DNA of 64,000 bases. Source: Dehalococcoidia bacterium (GTDB lineage Bacteria > Chloroflexota > Dehalococcoidia > Lucifugimonadales > UBA3495). Numbering within the stretch: position 1 is the stretch's first letter; every line of letters begins with the position of its first letter. Under the pieces are notes generated by a model. It saw only the letters and a program-made list of their open reading frames with translations, made no database searches and was not told the DNA's origin. Both the position numbers and the translations under genes were made by a program. Positions 35,826 through 45,965 of this stretch are shown here, in pieces. The stretch spans positions 3,413,281-3,477,280 of the forward strand of contig OZ244136.1 of NCBI GenBank assembly GCA_965215975.1. Direction: 5' to 3'.

Positions 35826-36911
35826 ATGCGCCACATCATTCACGCAGATTTGGACGCCTTTTACGCTGCTGTGGAACAATTGGATAACCCCGACCTGCGG
35901 GGAAAGCCCGTAATGGTGGGAGGAAGTCCCCAAAGCCGCGGGGTTGTAGCAACGGCCTCATACGAAGCCCGTGTATTCGGCGTTCACTCCGCAATGCCCA
36001 TGGCTACCGCGGTACGCCAGTGTCCTCAAGGCATAATCGTCCGGCCGCGTTTTGACCGCTACCGGGAAATGTCCCGTCTTGTGATGGACATTTTTCACCA
36101 ACTAACCGACCTGGTTGAACCTCTTTCCCTTGATGAAGCATACCTTGACGTTACGGGCAAGGTGGCAGAAGGAAGGCTGCCTCTGGGAGTAGCCATTGAG
36201 CTCAAACGCCAGGTCAAGGATGCAACGGGACTGAATGTGTCCGTCGGGGTGGGCACCAGCAAATCGGTGGCTAAGATTGCATCCGACCTGGAGAAGCCGG
36301 ATGGTCTTGTGCTTGTTGCCCCAGGCGAGGAGAGAGAGTTCTTGTCTCCCCTCCCGGTGGGCAAGCTTTGGGGGGTCGGCCCAAAAACCGCGGAGAGGCT
36401 ATATGCGGACGGCATACACACCATCGGGGACCTGGCCCAGCAACCGGATGAATGGTTCGCCAGGAGGTTCGGGAAACGAGCTCCATACGTTCTTGCCAAA
36501 GCCATGGGTCAGGACGAAGAACCGGTAAAGACCGAGCGAACTCCAAAGTCCATCAGCGCTGAGACGACCTTCCCTGAAGACATCAGTGACCCTGAGGAAT
36601 TGGGGGACGTATTGAACCGGCTAGCCTTGAACGTTTCGAGCCACCTGGAGCGTAAGGAAGTAAAGGGTCGCACCGTAACGGTCAAGCTCAGGCTTACCGA
36701 CTTTACCACCCTGACCCGTCAAACCACCCTCTCGACCGCTACCAATTCGGAGAAGGTGATTTCGGAAACAGGCTGGAAGCTGATGTCGGCGGAATTGACT
36801 CCGGGCCGTTCCCTGAGGCTATTGGGTGTTGGCATGTCCGGCTTCGCAGAACATTCTGATCTGCCGCAGCAACTGCCGCTTCCCTTCTCCGACTCCATGT
36901 CCCAAGGTTGA
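35826..36911 (+). CDS. dinB: DNA polymerase IV (Y-family)
   Basis: MRHIIHADLDAFYAAVEQ, SIDEAYLDV-like (SLDEAYLDVT), and GVGPKTAERL HhH motifs. Confidence 0.9.
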   Translation: MRHIIHADLDAFYAAVEQLDNPDLRGKPVMVGGSPQSRGVVATASYEARVFGVHSAMPMATAVRQCPQGIIVRPRFDRYREMSRLVMDIFHQLTDLVEPLSLDEAYLDVTGKVAEGRLPLGVAIELKRQVKDATGLNVSVGVGTSKSVAKIASDLEKPDGLVLVAPGEEREFLSPLPVGKLWGVGPKTAERLYADGIHTIGDLAQQPDEWFARRFGKRAPYVLAKAMGQDEEPVKTERTPKSISAETTFPEDISDPEELGDVLNRLALNVSSHLERKEVKGRTVTVKLRLTDFTTLTRQTTLSTATNSEKVISETGWKLMSAELTPGRSLRLLGVGMSGFAEHSDLPQQLPLPFSDSMSQG

Positions 36912-36967
36912 TGCTCACTCTGGTGATTCCCAGGCTGGCCAATTTCCCGGAAAGAACACTGCCAAAG

Positions 36968-37726
36968 TTACCTGAATAAGTCCTTGTCCGGATCCCGAAT
37001 TAAGGCCTGGTTACTGGCGTCTTCCATCGGTTCATAAGCGAAACCGCGTATGACGGCTACTGGCACACCCAGAACCTTCCCTGTCACCAATTCAGCGGTA
37101 GCTGCCAGTTCATCTGCGATGTTGATGACCGTCGTGTACATCATGTTGCCGTGGGAATCCTCCTGCCCAACATAGCTCAGGAGCGGATTGATTCCGGCCA
37201 CGCCAATGGCGACGTTTACTGCCGCGCTGCGCCACGGGCGGCCGAAGGTGTCCGATATAACCACGGCCACATCTACACCGGCCAACCTCTTGACGGACTC
37301 CCGTATGCCCCGAGCAGAGGCGTCCGGGTCGACGGGCAATAGGGCCACCGTTCCTTCTCCCGGAATATTTGAAGCATCGATCCCTGCGTTGGCACAGTTG
37401 AAGCCGTGATAGGTCTCGCTGATAATAACCCCCCGGTCCATGCGAACTATCCGGCGGCTTTCCCTCAGTATCAACTCGGTATGACGGGGGTCTCGCCGGT
37501 GCCCCTCTGTTATTGAAATAGCCAGGGGAGACGGTTCTATATCTTCGATAGATATGACGCGCCCTTCCGTCTTTGATACTATCTTTTGGGTCACAACCAG
37601 CACATCTCCGCCTTCTATTGGCGTCCCCTGGTTCCTGGCAGCATCCACTATTTGGGCGGCAATGTCGTCCCCTGGTTTTGCCTCGGGCATCCCTTCTATG
37701 CCAATGATACTGATCTGCGGTGGCAT
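36968..37726 (-). CDS. cofE: coenzyme F420-0:L-glutamate ligase
   Basis: 252 aa with GDVLVVTQKIVSKTEGR and NAGIDASN motifs characteristic of CofE/FbiB-N. Confidence 0.7.
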   Translation of the reverse strand: MPPQISIIGIEGMPEAKPGDDIAAQIVDAARNQGTPIEGGDVLVVTQKIVSKTEGRVISIEDIEPSPLAISITEGHRRDPRHTELILRESRRIVRMDRGVIISETYHGFNCANAGIDASNIPGEGTVALLPVDPDASARGIRESVKRLAGVDVAVVISDTFGRPWRSAAVNVAIGVAGINPLLSYVGQEDSHGNMMYTTVINIADELAATAELVTGKVLGVPVAVIRGFAYEPMEDASNQALIRDPDKDLFR

Positions 37727-37832
37727 CGCGTCTCGCTCCTTTCTAATCCAATGGAGTCGCTGGTAGTCTTGCTTGCTCGGGCTGGTATGGCAGGGTTAGG
37801 CCGCTACCAAGTATAGCTTCACCAATACCCCT

Positions 37833-38504
37833 ATGCTACAATTCCAGCTGATCAGGACGCAGCAACCACCCTCCTACAGCAACGGAAAGGCAAAAATCTC
37901 CCTGGCAAGGACTATTGACGTGACTTCTTCATCGTCTTCCTACCGGAAACGGGTTTATACCAAGTTCGGCGACAAAGGTGAAACCAGCCTGCTCTATGGC
38001 GGGCGAGTTTCCAAAAACGACCCTCATACCGAGGCCTACGGAGTAACCGACGAAGCAGTCTCGGTGATGGGCCTGGCAAGGTCCTTCTCTGAAGACCCGA
38101 AGGTCAAAGACATTCTTCGTGATGCGCAACGGGACCTGTTTATGATTGCCGCCGAATTAGCTACTGAGCCGGACAAGTACGAGCTTTTCCAGCAGCACTT
38201 TGCTCCGGTAACAGTTGAAATGGTGGAGAACCTGGAACATACCATCGATTCCCTTGAGGAAGAATTTGAGATGCCAACGGTCTTCGTCCTGCCCGGCGGT
38301 TCTCCTTCTTCTTCAGCGATAGACATGTCACGCACCTCCATACGTACTGCCGAACGCCGAGTGGTGGCCTTGGCTGAAGCTGGCCGCCTTACCAACGAAT
38401 TAATTATCAACTACCTCAACCGGTTGGGTGACCTGCTCTTTGTTCTGGCCCGCTACGAAGACCGCGAATTGCCCATCGAACGGGCAACCGGCGAACGCAG
38501 CTAG
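37833..38504 (+). CDS. PduO-type ATP:cob(I)alamin adenosyltransferase
   Basis: VYTKFGDKGETSLLYGGRV is the canonical N-terminal motif. The true start is probably internal (for example GTG near 37918), since family members begin about 5 aa before this motif. Confidence 0.75.
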   Translation: MLQFQLIRTQQPPSYSNGKAKISLARTIDVTSSSSSYRKRVYTKFGDKGETSLLYGGRVSKNDPHTEAYGVTDEAVSVMGLARSFSEDPKVKDILRDAQRDLFMIAAELATEPDKYELFQQHFAPVTVEMVENLEHTIDSLEEEFEMPTVFVLPGGSPSSSAIDMSRTSIRTAERRVVALAEAGRLTNELIINYLNRLGDLLFVLARYEDRELPIERATGERS

Positions 38505-38536
38505 TAGCGACAAGCTAGCTTGCCCTACTGAATGAA

Positions 38537-39166
38537 ATGGCCCAAGAATTGAAGATTGTCGTAATTGATTACCAGTCCGGTAACCTGAGAAGTGTGGCCA
38601 AGGCTTTGGAAGCGGTAGGCGCAAGCCCGGTGGTTACAGAGGACGCTTCTCAAATAGAATCTGCCGACGCAGTTATTTTGCCTGGCGTAGGCTCCGGCCC
38701 GGCGGCCATGCGGGCCCTGGAAACTCGGGGGCTGGTAAAGCCAATCAAGCAGTATGTGGCGGGCGGACGACCCTTCCTGGGAGTCTGCCTGGGACTGCAG
38801 CTGCTCCTGGAAAGGACCGACGAAGGCGACGCTCCCTGTCTCGGTATTGTTCCTGGTCAAGTCCGGCGCCTGCCTGGCGGAATGAAGGTTCCCCACATGG
38901 GTTGGAACAGCGTCGATTTTGAGTTCGATCACCCGGTGTTCCGGGGAATTCCCCCTGCCAGCCACTTTTACTTTGTCCACAGCTACTATGCCGATCCCGA
39001 CAAGAATGCAGGAGTAGCTGGTACGACCACATATGGCATTCCCTTTTGCAGCGCATTCGCCCGGGACAACCTGGTAGCAACCCAATTCCATCCCGAAAAG
39101 AGCGGCACGGTAGGGTTGCGAATTTACCGAAACTTCCTGGAGTTTGCCGGTAACTACTCGGCCTGA
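38537..39166 (+). CDS. hisH: imidazole glycerol phosphate synthase, glutaminase subunit
   Basis: IVVIDYQSGNLRSVAKALE, GVCLGLQLL (catalytic Cys), and the QFHPEKS triad region. Confidence 0.9.
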   Translation: MAQELKIVVIDYQSGNLRSVAKALEAVGASPVVTEDASQIESADAVILPGVGSGPAAMRALETRGLVKPIKQYVAGGRPFLGVCLGLQLLLERTDEGDAPCLGIVPGQVRRLPGGMKVPHMGWNSVDFEFDHPVFRGIPPASHFYFVHSYYADPDKNAGVAGTTTYGIPFCSAFARDNLVATQFHPEKSGTVGLRIYRNFLEFAGNYSA

Positions 39167-39197
39167 CTATCTGTCGCGCCTACCGAACGAGCCAAAC

Positions 39198-39935
39198 ATG
39201 GAAATCATTCCCTCCATAGACCTCAAGGCAGGCCGTTGCGTACGCCTCTTCCAGGGTGACTTTCAGAAAGAAACCGTCTTCTCCGATGATCCGGTTGCAG
39301 TGGCCCTCGGCTGGCAGGAGCAAGGCGCCCAGCTTCTGCACTTAGTGGATTTGGACGGCGCCGCAGATGGAACGCCCGCCAATTTACCCATTATCGAAGC
39401 CATCGCAGAAGCCCTGCGAATCCCGGTCCAGGTGGGCGGTGGAATCAGGGCAAGAGTGACCGCTGATAGGTTGATTGCTGCCGGAGTGGCCCGGGTGGTA
39501 ATTGGCACTGCTGCTATCGAAAACCCTTCGCTGGTCGAGGGCCTGTGTCGAGATTACGGAAATGAATCTACTGTGGTAGCAGTGGACGCCCGTAACGGCC
39601 TGGTGGCAATACGGGGTTGGACCGAAGGCAGTCAGGTTGAGTCGATAGACCTGGCCAAAGAGATGGCAGAGTTAGGAGTACCTCGCCTGCTGTATACCGA
39701 TATATCCCGGGACGGGACCCTCACCTCCCCTAACTTTGAAGCCAACGCTGAATTGGTGAGGGAAACGGGATTGAAGGTGCAGGCTTCAGGAGGTGTATCT
39801 GCCCTGGAACACGTGGCCCGGTTGGCACAGACGGGAGTAGAAGGGGTAATAATCGGGACCGCTCTTTACCGCGGAACAATATCGCTGAAAGAGGCCATAG
39901 AGGCTGGGCAAGCAGGCGCCCAAGGTTCAGGTTAG
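39198..39935 (+). CDS. hisA: ProFAR isomerase HisA
   Basis: MEIIPSIDLKAGRCVRLFQGDF, HLVDLDGA and ASGGV motifs. Confidence 0.9.
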   Translation: MEIIPSIDLKAGRCVRLFQGDFQKETVFSDDPVAVALGWQEQGAQLLHLVDLDGAADGTPANLPIIEAIAEALRIPVQVGGGIRARVTADRLIAAGVARVVIGTAAIENPSLVEGLCRDYGNESTVVAVDARNGLVAIRGWTEGSQVESIDLAKEMAELGVPRLLYTDISRDGTLTSPNFEANAELVRETGLKVQASGGVSALEHVARLAQTGVEGVIIGTALYRGTISLKEAIEAGQAGAQGSG

Positions 39936-39947
39936 AGCCGGGCCCGC

Positions 39948-40520
39948 TTAGTCTTGCTTGGCGGACTCCTGGGGCCAGCGATCTGCCAGCCTTTCTTCGG
40001 CTTTCTCGAACCAATCTTCTCTTAACACTTCCATCAGGATGAAGTCGCGGCCCATCCGCCTGACTGGACGCACCGGATTAAAGCCGCACCTGCCAAAGCT
40101 GCGCTGGGCACGATGATTCCACTCCAGGGTATGGAGATAGACCCGCTTCAAGTTCCGCTCGTTGAACATGAAGTCCAGCAAAGTTACTACAGCATCGTAA
40201 CCGTAGGCATTGTTCCAATAATCCCGGTCCCCAATAACAATCCCGAGTTCGGCTTCCAGGTTGATGGTGTCCAGGTCGTAGTACATGCAGTTGCCGATCA
40301 ACTTGCCGTCTTCAACATCAATGCCAAAATGGTGGGAGCCAGGCGTAGGATAGCGCATTTGGTCCTGAAACATTTTCAGATACCGGTCGTAATTCATACT
40401 CAGGGGATAAGTGGCATCCAGTTGAGCCAGTTCAGCATCACAGCGCCAAATGTAGTCCTGCTCTGCATCTTCAAGCTTCTTGTCGCGCAAAACGACCCGC
40501 GCGCCCTTTAACTCCAGCAT
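39948..40520 (-). CDS. GNAT family N-acetyltransferase (RimJ/RimL-like)
   Basis: 190 aa. YWNNAYGYDAV...VYLHTLEWNHRAQRSFGRCGF matches the GNAT acetyl-CoA-binding core. Confidence 0.7.
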   Translation of the reverse strand: MLELKGARVVLRDKKLEDAEQDYIWRCDAELAQLDATYPLSMNYDRYLKMFQDQMRYPTPGSHHFGIDVEDGKLIGNCMYYDLDTINLEAELGIVIGDRDYWNNAYGYDAVVTLLDFMFNERNLKRVYLHTLEWNHRAQRSFGRCGFNPVRPVRRMGRDFILMEVLREDWFEKAEERLADRWPQESAKQD

Positions 40521-40521
40521 A

Positions 40522-40995
40522 TTAGATGGTCCTCTCCCTTTGAGAGATCAGGTCATAAGCCTGCCTGAGAACATCGGCTTCATTGGGGTAAGCCAGCCTC
40601 GTAACAGCCTCATCGTAGGGAAACCATTGGACCACATCAAATTCGGGGTCGTGAAGGCTGGTATCACCACCAGTCGATCTCATCAAGTAGAAGTGCACCG
40701 TCTTGTGATAGCGCACATCATCGTCTTTATTTGAGAACCAATAGTCTATGCTGCGAATGCGTTTTTCAATGACCGGTTCCAACCCCGTCTCTTCCTGCAC
40801 TTCCCTCAAGGCAGTTTCCTCAAGGGTTTCGCCGAGGTCGGGGGTTCCTTTCGCCAGACTCCAGCGGGCCGGTTCATCCCGACCGCAAAGCACTATTTCC
40901 AATTGGTCAGCCACCCAGCGGTAAACCACACCACCGGATGACACAGGTTCCTCCACCCGGGACTTGCCGCCGCCGGGGGAACTCTTCCTCGCCAT
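40522..40995 (-). CDS. NUDIX hydrolase
   Basis: Nudix box GTPDLGETLEETALREVQEETGL. Confidence 0.85.
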   Translation of the reverse strand: MARKSSPGGGKSRVEEPVSSGGVVYRWVADQLEIVLCGRDEPARWSLAKGTPDLGETLEETALREVQEETGLEPVIEKRIRSIDYWFSNKDDDVRYHKTVHFYLMRSTGGDTSLHDPEFDVVQWFPYDEAVTRLAYPNEADVLRQAYDLISQRERTI

Positions 40996-41012
40996 GAGCG
41001 CCCCTTAATATT

Positions 41013-41039
41013 CGTGGGGTTCCGGCTTGGAACCCCACG
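41013..41039. other. 11-bp perfect stem hairpin between the MoaD-like and NUDIX genes
   Basis: CGTGGGGTTCC-ggctt-GGAACCCCACG, 18 nt upstream of the NUDIX start. There is no U-tract on either strand. Confidence 0.4.
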
Positions 41040-41239
41040 GTAACAACATGATTAATTGACCTTAATTGTAGGGTTGAGACCATTGGTAGTCAATGCGAAT
41101 ATAAAGGCGAACTTAAGGCGCCTTATGCAGTTCGAGAGCTATTCTGGCTGTAGGAAACGGGGTCAAAGGATCCGATGTTCCCTTTCACCTTTTAATCATG
41201 ACAGGATACTTCGAGGCAAATGTGCCGCCCCAATTGGGA

Positions 41240-41503
41240 CTAACCGCCGCTGATGGCTGGAACAAAATGGACTTCGCTGTTCTCCCTGACGCGCTCCAGG
41301 AGGCCCATTCGGGCAATCTCGCCATCTATGGAGACAGCCAAGTTAGAGCGCACCTCGTTGTTTTCCACCAGCCTATCTTTGATGCCAGGGAACTGCTCTT
41401 CAAGTCCGTTGATTAGTTGGCGAACGTTGGAGGCCTCCACCTGCACCTGCTTTACGCCGCTGGTAACCGGCAGCAGCATTGTCGGAATATATACTGTAGC
41501 CAC
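41240..41503 (-). CDS. MoaD/ThiS-family ubiquitin-like sulfur carrier (C-terminal GG)
   Basis: 87 aa ending ...VHFVPAISGG, with a beta-grasp-like pattern. Confidence 0.75.
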   Translation of the reverse strand: MATVYIPTMLLPVTSGVKQVQVEASNVRQLINGLEEQFPGIKDRLVENNEVRSNLAVSIDGEIARMGLLERVRENSEVHFVPAISGG

Positions 41504-41528
41504 GTTAGCTGCTCCTCATTGACCGAAA

Positions 41529-42044
41529 TTATTCCAACACCTTGGCATACAAAAGCCGATCTATGGTTTTGCAGTTCTTGGTAATGCTTTTGCGAAGTCT
41601 GCCCTCACAAACATAACCCGCCTTGACCAGGGCCCGAGCCGAGGCCGGGTTCCAATCATAGACAGCAGCTTCAATTCGGGCCAGGTCAAAGTTAAGGAAA
41701 GCAAATTCAGTTAGAGCCTGTACTGCGGCGGTTGCTATTCCCTTTCCCCAATGGGGCTCACCCAACCAGTAGCCCAATTCGGCCGAGCGGCGGAATACGT
41801 CATTCCCCAGTCTCAATCCTATTCCCCCTATGGCCTCCTTCGAATCCGCAATTGCAGAATTCGTTTCCGGATCTTGCCGGCTGGCAAGATTAATCCAGCC
41901 TTTGGCATCCTCAGAAGAATACGGATAAGGAAACGAGTCTCGCAGATTTATCGAACCACTAAGATTATTGGCGTAGGTCACCAAGCTCTCTTTATCTTCG
42001 CGGCGCCAACTGCGTATTTGCCATTCGCCGAATTTCAACAACAT
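41529..42044 (-). CDS. GNAT family N-acetyltransferase
   Basis: 171 aa. GYWLGEPHWGKGIATAAVQALTEFAF...NPASARALVKAGY matches the GNAT core. Confidence 0.75.
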   Translation of the reverse strand: MLLKFGEWQIRSWRREDKESLVTYANNLSGSINLRDSFPYPYSSEDAKGWINLASRQDPETNSAIADSKEAIGGIGLRLGNDVFRRSAELGYWLGEPHWGKGIATAAVQALTEFAFLNFDLARIEAAVYDWNPASARALVKAGYVCEGRLRKSITKNCKTIDRLLYAKVLE

Positions 42045-42119
42045 ATGTAACCATTACGTTGAAGGGCGGGTTTGACACCCGCCCAACTAGAATACACCGG
42101 GAAACCCTTGACGCCGACT

Positions 42120-44384
42120 CTACTCCAAAGCTTCCAGAATAGCGCCCGGATTGGCCGGAAGTCTGCTAATCCGGCTGCCAATGGCGTGGGATATGGCACT
42201 GCCGATAGCGGCCAGCGGAGGAACTATAGGAACCTCTCCCACACCTCTAACGCCGTAAGGATGGCCCGGGTTGGCCACCTCGACAATGACCGTATCGATC
42301 ATCGGCAAGTCCAGCGCTGTGGGCATCCGGTAGTCCAAGAAGCTGGAATTCATCATCTGTCCCTGGTCGTTGAAGAAATACTCTTCATTCAGAGCCCAGC
42401 CAATACCCTGAACCACGCCCCCTTGCATCTGCCCTTCCACGTAGCTGGGATGGATTGCCTTCCCTGCGTCCTGAACAGCGGTGTACCGGAGAATGGTTAC
42501 TTTGCCGGTATCAGGATCCACTTCCAAGTCCACGATGTGAACTCCGAAGCCATTGCCTTCGCCGCTGGGGTCCACGTTGGAAGCCCCAGTGATGCCACCA
42601 CCAGTGCCGAGCAACTGTCGCGCTAGCTCCTTGAAGGTCATTCGCAGTTCGGGATCCGACTTGTGGGACAAGACGCCGCCTTCGTATTGAACATCCTCCA
42701 CAGCCGTATCCCATATCTTGGCTGCCCGTTCCACCATTTGTCCCTTAACGTCCTCAGCCGCTTCGATAGCGGCCCAGCCCGTGGCAAAAGTGGTGCGGCT
42801 GCCGCCGGTCACCATGGTATAGCCAATGGAGTCGGTATCTACTACTGTTGGCTTGACGTCTTCGTAGGCGACTCCGAGGGTTTCGGCGGCCTGCTGAGCA
42901 ATTGATGCCCGGCTTCCGCCGATGTCCACGGAACCTTCAATCAGGTTGACGGTGCCGTCCGGGTTGACACTTATGTTAACGGCGGACTGGAAACCCCGGT
43001 TAAACCAGAAGCCGGCTGCTACTCCTCTGCCCCGGTTAGGTCCAACCAAGGGAGTCTTGTAGTGATCGTGGTTGCGGGCAGCTTCCAGGCATTCCACCAA
43101 CCCTATGCGCCGGAAGACCGGCCCTTCCACCCGGCGGACACCTTCGCGGGACGCATTGCGGAGTCGGAACTCAACTGGGTCCAAGCCCATTTGCTCACAG
43201 ACTTCGTCAATTACCGATTCAACGGCAAACGCCGCCTGAGGGGAACCGGGCGCACGGTAAGCCGCGGTCTTTGGCTTGTTAACCACTACGTCATAACCAT
43301 TGATGCGCGCATTCGGGACGTCGTAACAGGCGAGGGCACACGCGGCTCCCTGCATTACCGGAGAGCCCGGATATGCGCCAGCCTCGAAGGCAAGAAAAAT
43401 ATCCGCCGCCGTTATCTTGCCGTCACTGGTGGCGCCCAGCTTGACCTTCATCCATGTACCGGGCGCAGGGCCGGATGCTTCGAAAACCTCGGTGCGGGTC
43501 ATCAGCAGCTTTACCGGTCGGCCGGATTTACTGGAGAGCAACGCAGCTACTGGTTCCAAATAAGCAGTGATCTTCCCGCCGAAGCCGCCGCCAATCTCCA
43601 TGGGAGTCACCTTCACCCTGGAGACGGGATGACGGAGAATATCGGCTACGTTAGTGCGGACGACGAAGGGCCCCTGGCTGCTGCACCAGATGTTCAGCTG
43701 CCCGTCAGAGTTCCAAAAGGCCGTCGCATTGTGAGGTTCTATGTATCCTTGGTGGACGGAGGCAGTTTCGTATTCCCGCTCCAGCACCAGGTCGGCCTGC
43801 GCAAATCCCTGATCGATGTCTCCGGTTTCGAACGCCATGTGCGAGGCGACGTTGCTGGGCTTGTCGGACAACTCACCCAACTCAGAGGTAAACAGGTCAT
43901 CGTGAAGAAGTGGAGCATCAGGCTCCATAGCCTGTTGCACCGTCAGGGCCGGAGGCAGGACTTCGTACTCTACCTTAATCAGGTTAATGGCCTCTTCCGC
44001 CACGTGTTGGCTGTCAGCCGCCACCGCAGCGATGGGGTGCCCCCTGAAGAGGACCTTGTCTGAGGCCAGGGTATGATTGCTGGCGAGCTTTACTCGCTGG
44101 TAGTCGCCACCCAACTCATCGCGGCTCAAAGAGGCGAAGGGCAAGTCGGAGGCCGTCACCACAGCGTGAACGCCAGGGTGGACCTCCGCAGCGGAGGTGT
44201 CAATAGACTTGATCCGGGCGTGGGCATGGGGACTGCGCAGCACTTTGCCCTGCAACAGACCGGACAACTGTACATCAGCCCCGTACTGGGCCCGTCCCGT
44301 AACCTTGTCAACGCCGTCGGGGCGGATATGCCGCTTGCCGACGACGTTGTACTCAATATCAGAAAGAACAATGTTGGAGGTCAC
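42120..44384 (-). CDS. molybdopterin-binding large subunit of a xanthine dehydrogenase-family hydroxylase
   Basis: 754 aa. Motifs GGGFGGK, AAYRAPGSPQ and EGQMQGGVVQGIGWAL. Confidence 0.85.
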   Translation of the reverse strand: MTSNIVLSDIEYNVVGKRHIRPDGVDKVTGRAQYGADVQLSGLLQGKVLRSPHAHARIKSIDTSAAEVHPGVHAVVTASDLPFASLSRDELGGDYQRVKLASNHTLASDKVLFRGHPIAAVAADSQHVAEEAINLIKVEYEVLPPALTVQQAMEPDAPLLHDDLFTSELGELSDKPSNVASHMAFETGDIDQGFAQADLVLEREYETASVHQGYIEPHNATAFWNSDGQLNIWCSSQGPFVVRTNVADILRHPVSRVKVTPMEIGGGFGGKITAYLEPVAALLSSKSGRPVKLLMTRTEVFEASGPAPGTWMKVKLGATSDGKITAADIFLAFEAGAYPGSPVMQGAACALACYDVPNARINGYDVVVNKPKTAAYRAPGSPQAAFAVESVIDEVCEQMGLDPVEFRLRNASREGVRRVEGPVFRRIGLVECLEAARNHDHYKTPLVGPNRGRGVAAGFWFNRGFQSAVNISVNPDGTVNLIEGSVDIGGSRASIAQQAAETLGVAYEDVKPTVVDTDSIGYTMVTGGSRTTFATGWAAIEAAEDVKGQMVERAAKIWDTAVEDVQYEGGVLSHKSDPELRMTFKELARQLLGTGGGITGASNVDPSGEGNGFGVHIVDLEVDPDTGKVTILRYTAVQDAGKAIHPSYVEGQMQGGVVQGIGWALNEEYFFNDQGQMMNSSFLDYRMPTALDLPMIDTVIVEVANPGHPYGVRGVGEVPIVPPLAAIGSAISHAIGSRISRLPANPGAILEALE

Positions 44385-44398
44385 AACCAGTACCTCCT

Positions 44399-44875
44399 TT
44401 AGGCCTTCATCTTCTCTTCGGCGTCCAGGACGGCACGAACAATTTTGTCATAGCCAGTACAGCGGCAAAGGTTGCCCGCCAGCCAGTGGCGTATGCGTCC
44501 CTCATCGGCATCCGGTTCCCGGTCAAGGAGCGCTTTGGTGGCCACGATGAAGCCGGGTGTGCAAATTCCACACTGCAGCGCGGCATTCTCCAGGAAGGCC
44601 TGTTGCACCGGGTGCAGGCCCTCAGGAGAAGCAACTCCCTCAATGGTCGTAATTTCTTTGCCTTGGGCCTCAACTCCCATTACCAGGCAGGAAGTAACGA
44701 TCCGGCCGTCAAACATGACCGTGCAGGCGCCACAATTGCCGTCGTTGCAGCCTTCCTTGGTGCCAGTCATGCCGAGCACGTCCCGAAGCACCTCTAGCAG
44801 GCTCTGGCGGGGCTCACAGAGATAATCGGTGGGGTTTCCGTTAATCGTGGTACTTACGTGTACAAGTCCAGGCAT
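44399..44875 (-). CDS. [2Fe-2S]-binding small subunit
   Basis: CNDGNCGACTV and CGICTPGF...NLCRCTGY cluster motifs. Confidence 0.9.
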   Translation of the reverse strand: MPGLVHVSTTINGNPTDYLCEPRQSLLEVLRDVLGMTGTKEGCNDGNCGACTVMFDGRIVTSCLVMGVEAQGKEITTIEGVASPEGLHPVQQAFLENAALQCGICTPGFIVATKALLDREPDADEGRIRHWLAGNLCRCTGYDKIVRAVLDAEEKMKA

Positions 44876-44877
44876 GT

Positions 44878-45756
44878 TTACTCTTCTCCCCTAGCTCGCC
44901 TTACGGCGTTGTTCAAAGTGCGGCGGGTCAGGACTCCAACCAGATGAACCCGCTGACGAATCGTACCACGCATGTCGGTGATAGGCTTGGCATCTGCCAT
45001 AGCCAACCGGGCTGCTTCTTCTATGGACTCGTCGGAAACCGGCTTCCCGGCCAGGCTGGCGCCAGCCTCCTGGCAGAATACGGGAGTCGGGGCGACGGAA
45101 GCCAGGGAAATGCGGGCGGATACAAAGTTTTGGCCCGAATCATCCAGCACCACTGCGCTGCCGACGCCGGCGACCGCAATATCCATCTCGTTTCGGGGAA
45201 TAAATCGCAGATAATTAGCTCCAGAACCTGCTTTAGGAGCGGGTACGTTGATGGAAACCAGGATTTCGCCAGCCTCCAATACGTTTCGGCCGGGGCCGGT
45301 GCAAAAGTCCTCAACGGCGACCTGCCTGGTTCCGTTGGTGCCCACAATGTTGGCAACGGCTCCCAATGCGATCATCGGCGGTATTGCGTCGGCGCTGGGG
45401 GCGGAATTACAAAGGTTGCCACCAAAGCTGGCTCTGCCCTGAATCTGAATGCTTCCTATCAGCGAAGCAGAGTCAACCAGCCCTGGATATTTGGACACTA
45501 CGTCCTCGTTCTGGTAAATGCGGTAACAGGGTGCTGCTGCGCCGATGGTCAGACCTGAGTCCGGACTGTAGGAAATCTCGTTCAGTTCCGGAATGTCCTT
45601 AACATCAACCACCAGATCAGCGCTGCGGCGGCCACCGCGAAGTTGCACCAGCAGGTCGGTGCCACCGGCCAAAGCCCGGGCACGGTCTCCCTTGGAGGCC
45701 ATGACCTGAACAGCCTCATCTAAAGTTTTCGGTGTGGTAAATTCAACTGCTTCCAA
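44878..45756 (-). CDS. FAD-binding medium subunit (CoxM/XdhB-like)
   Basis: LAGGTDLLVQLR and the FAD_binding_5 pattern. Gene order is medium-small-large. Confidence 0.85.
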   Translation of the reverse strand: MEAVEFTTPKTLDEAVQVMASKGDRARALAGGTDLLVQLRGGRRSADLVVDVKDIPELNEISYSPDSGLTIGAAAPCYRIYQNEDVVSKYPGLVDSASLIGSIQIQGRASFGGNLCNSAPSADAIPPMIALGAVANIVGTNGTRQVAVEDFCTGPGRNVLEAGEILVSINVPAPKAGSGANYLRFIPRNEMDIAVAGVGSAVVLDDSGQNFVSARISLASVAPTPVFCQEAGASLAGKPVSDESIEEAARLAMADAKPITDMRGTIRQRVHLVGVLTRRTLNNAVRRARGEE

Positions 45757-45965
45757 TTGCCCACCTCCTTTCCGGACGAATTATAGCACTATGCCCTAAG
45801 GGTGTCAGCTACCGTCCCTACTTGCTGATGTGTAGCCATCTGACATTGTGCTCACCAGATCAGTACATGCCGTCCATAGGACTGACTGACAGTCGAATTG
45901 GTCGGGAAGTCTATTGTGGGCAGCCATAATGCGCCCAAATATTCCTCTTGTGTCGGGGGGGGGGG

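Noticed and set aside
42120-45756. Possible aerobic carbon monoxide dehydrogenase (coxMSL gene order).
   Set aside because: The large subunit has AAYRAPGSPQ at the active-site loop. This is neither the form I VAYRCSFR nor the form II AYRGAGR signature that I recall, and no coxDEFG accessory genes are present. I call it a generic xanthine dehydrogenase-family hydroxylase.
45955-45965. An 11-G homopolymer as a phase-variation switch.
   Set aside because: The tract is intergenic and mirrored by a G run on the other side of the IS. It is better explained as the duplicated or targeted insertion site. Homopolymer length may also be affected by sequencing error.
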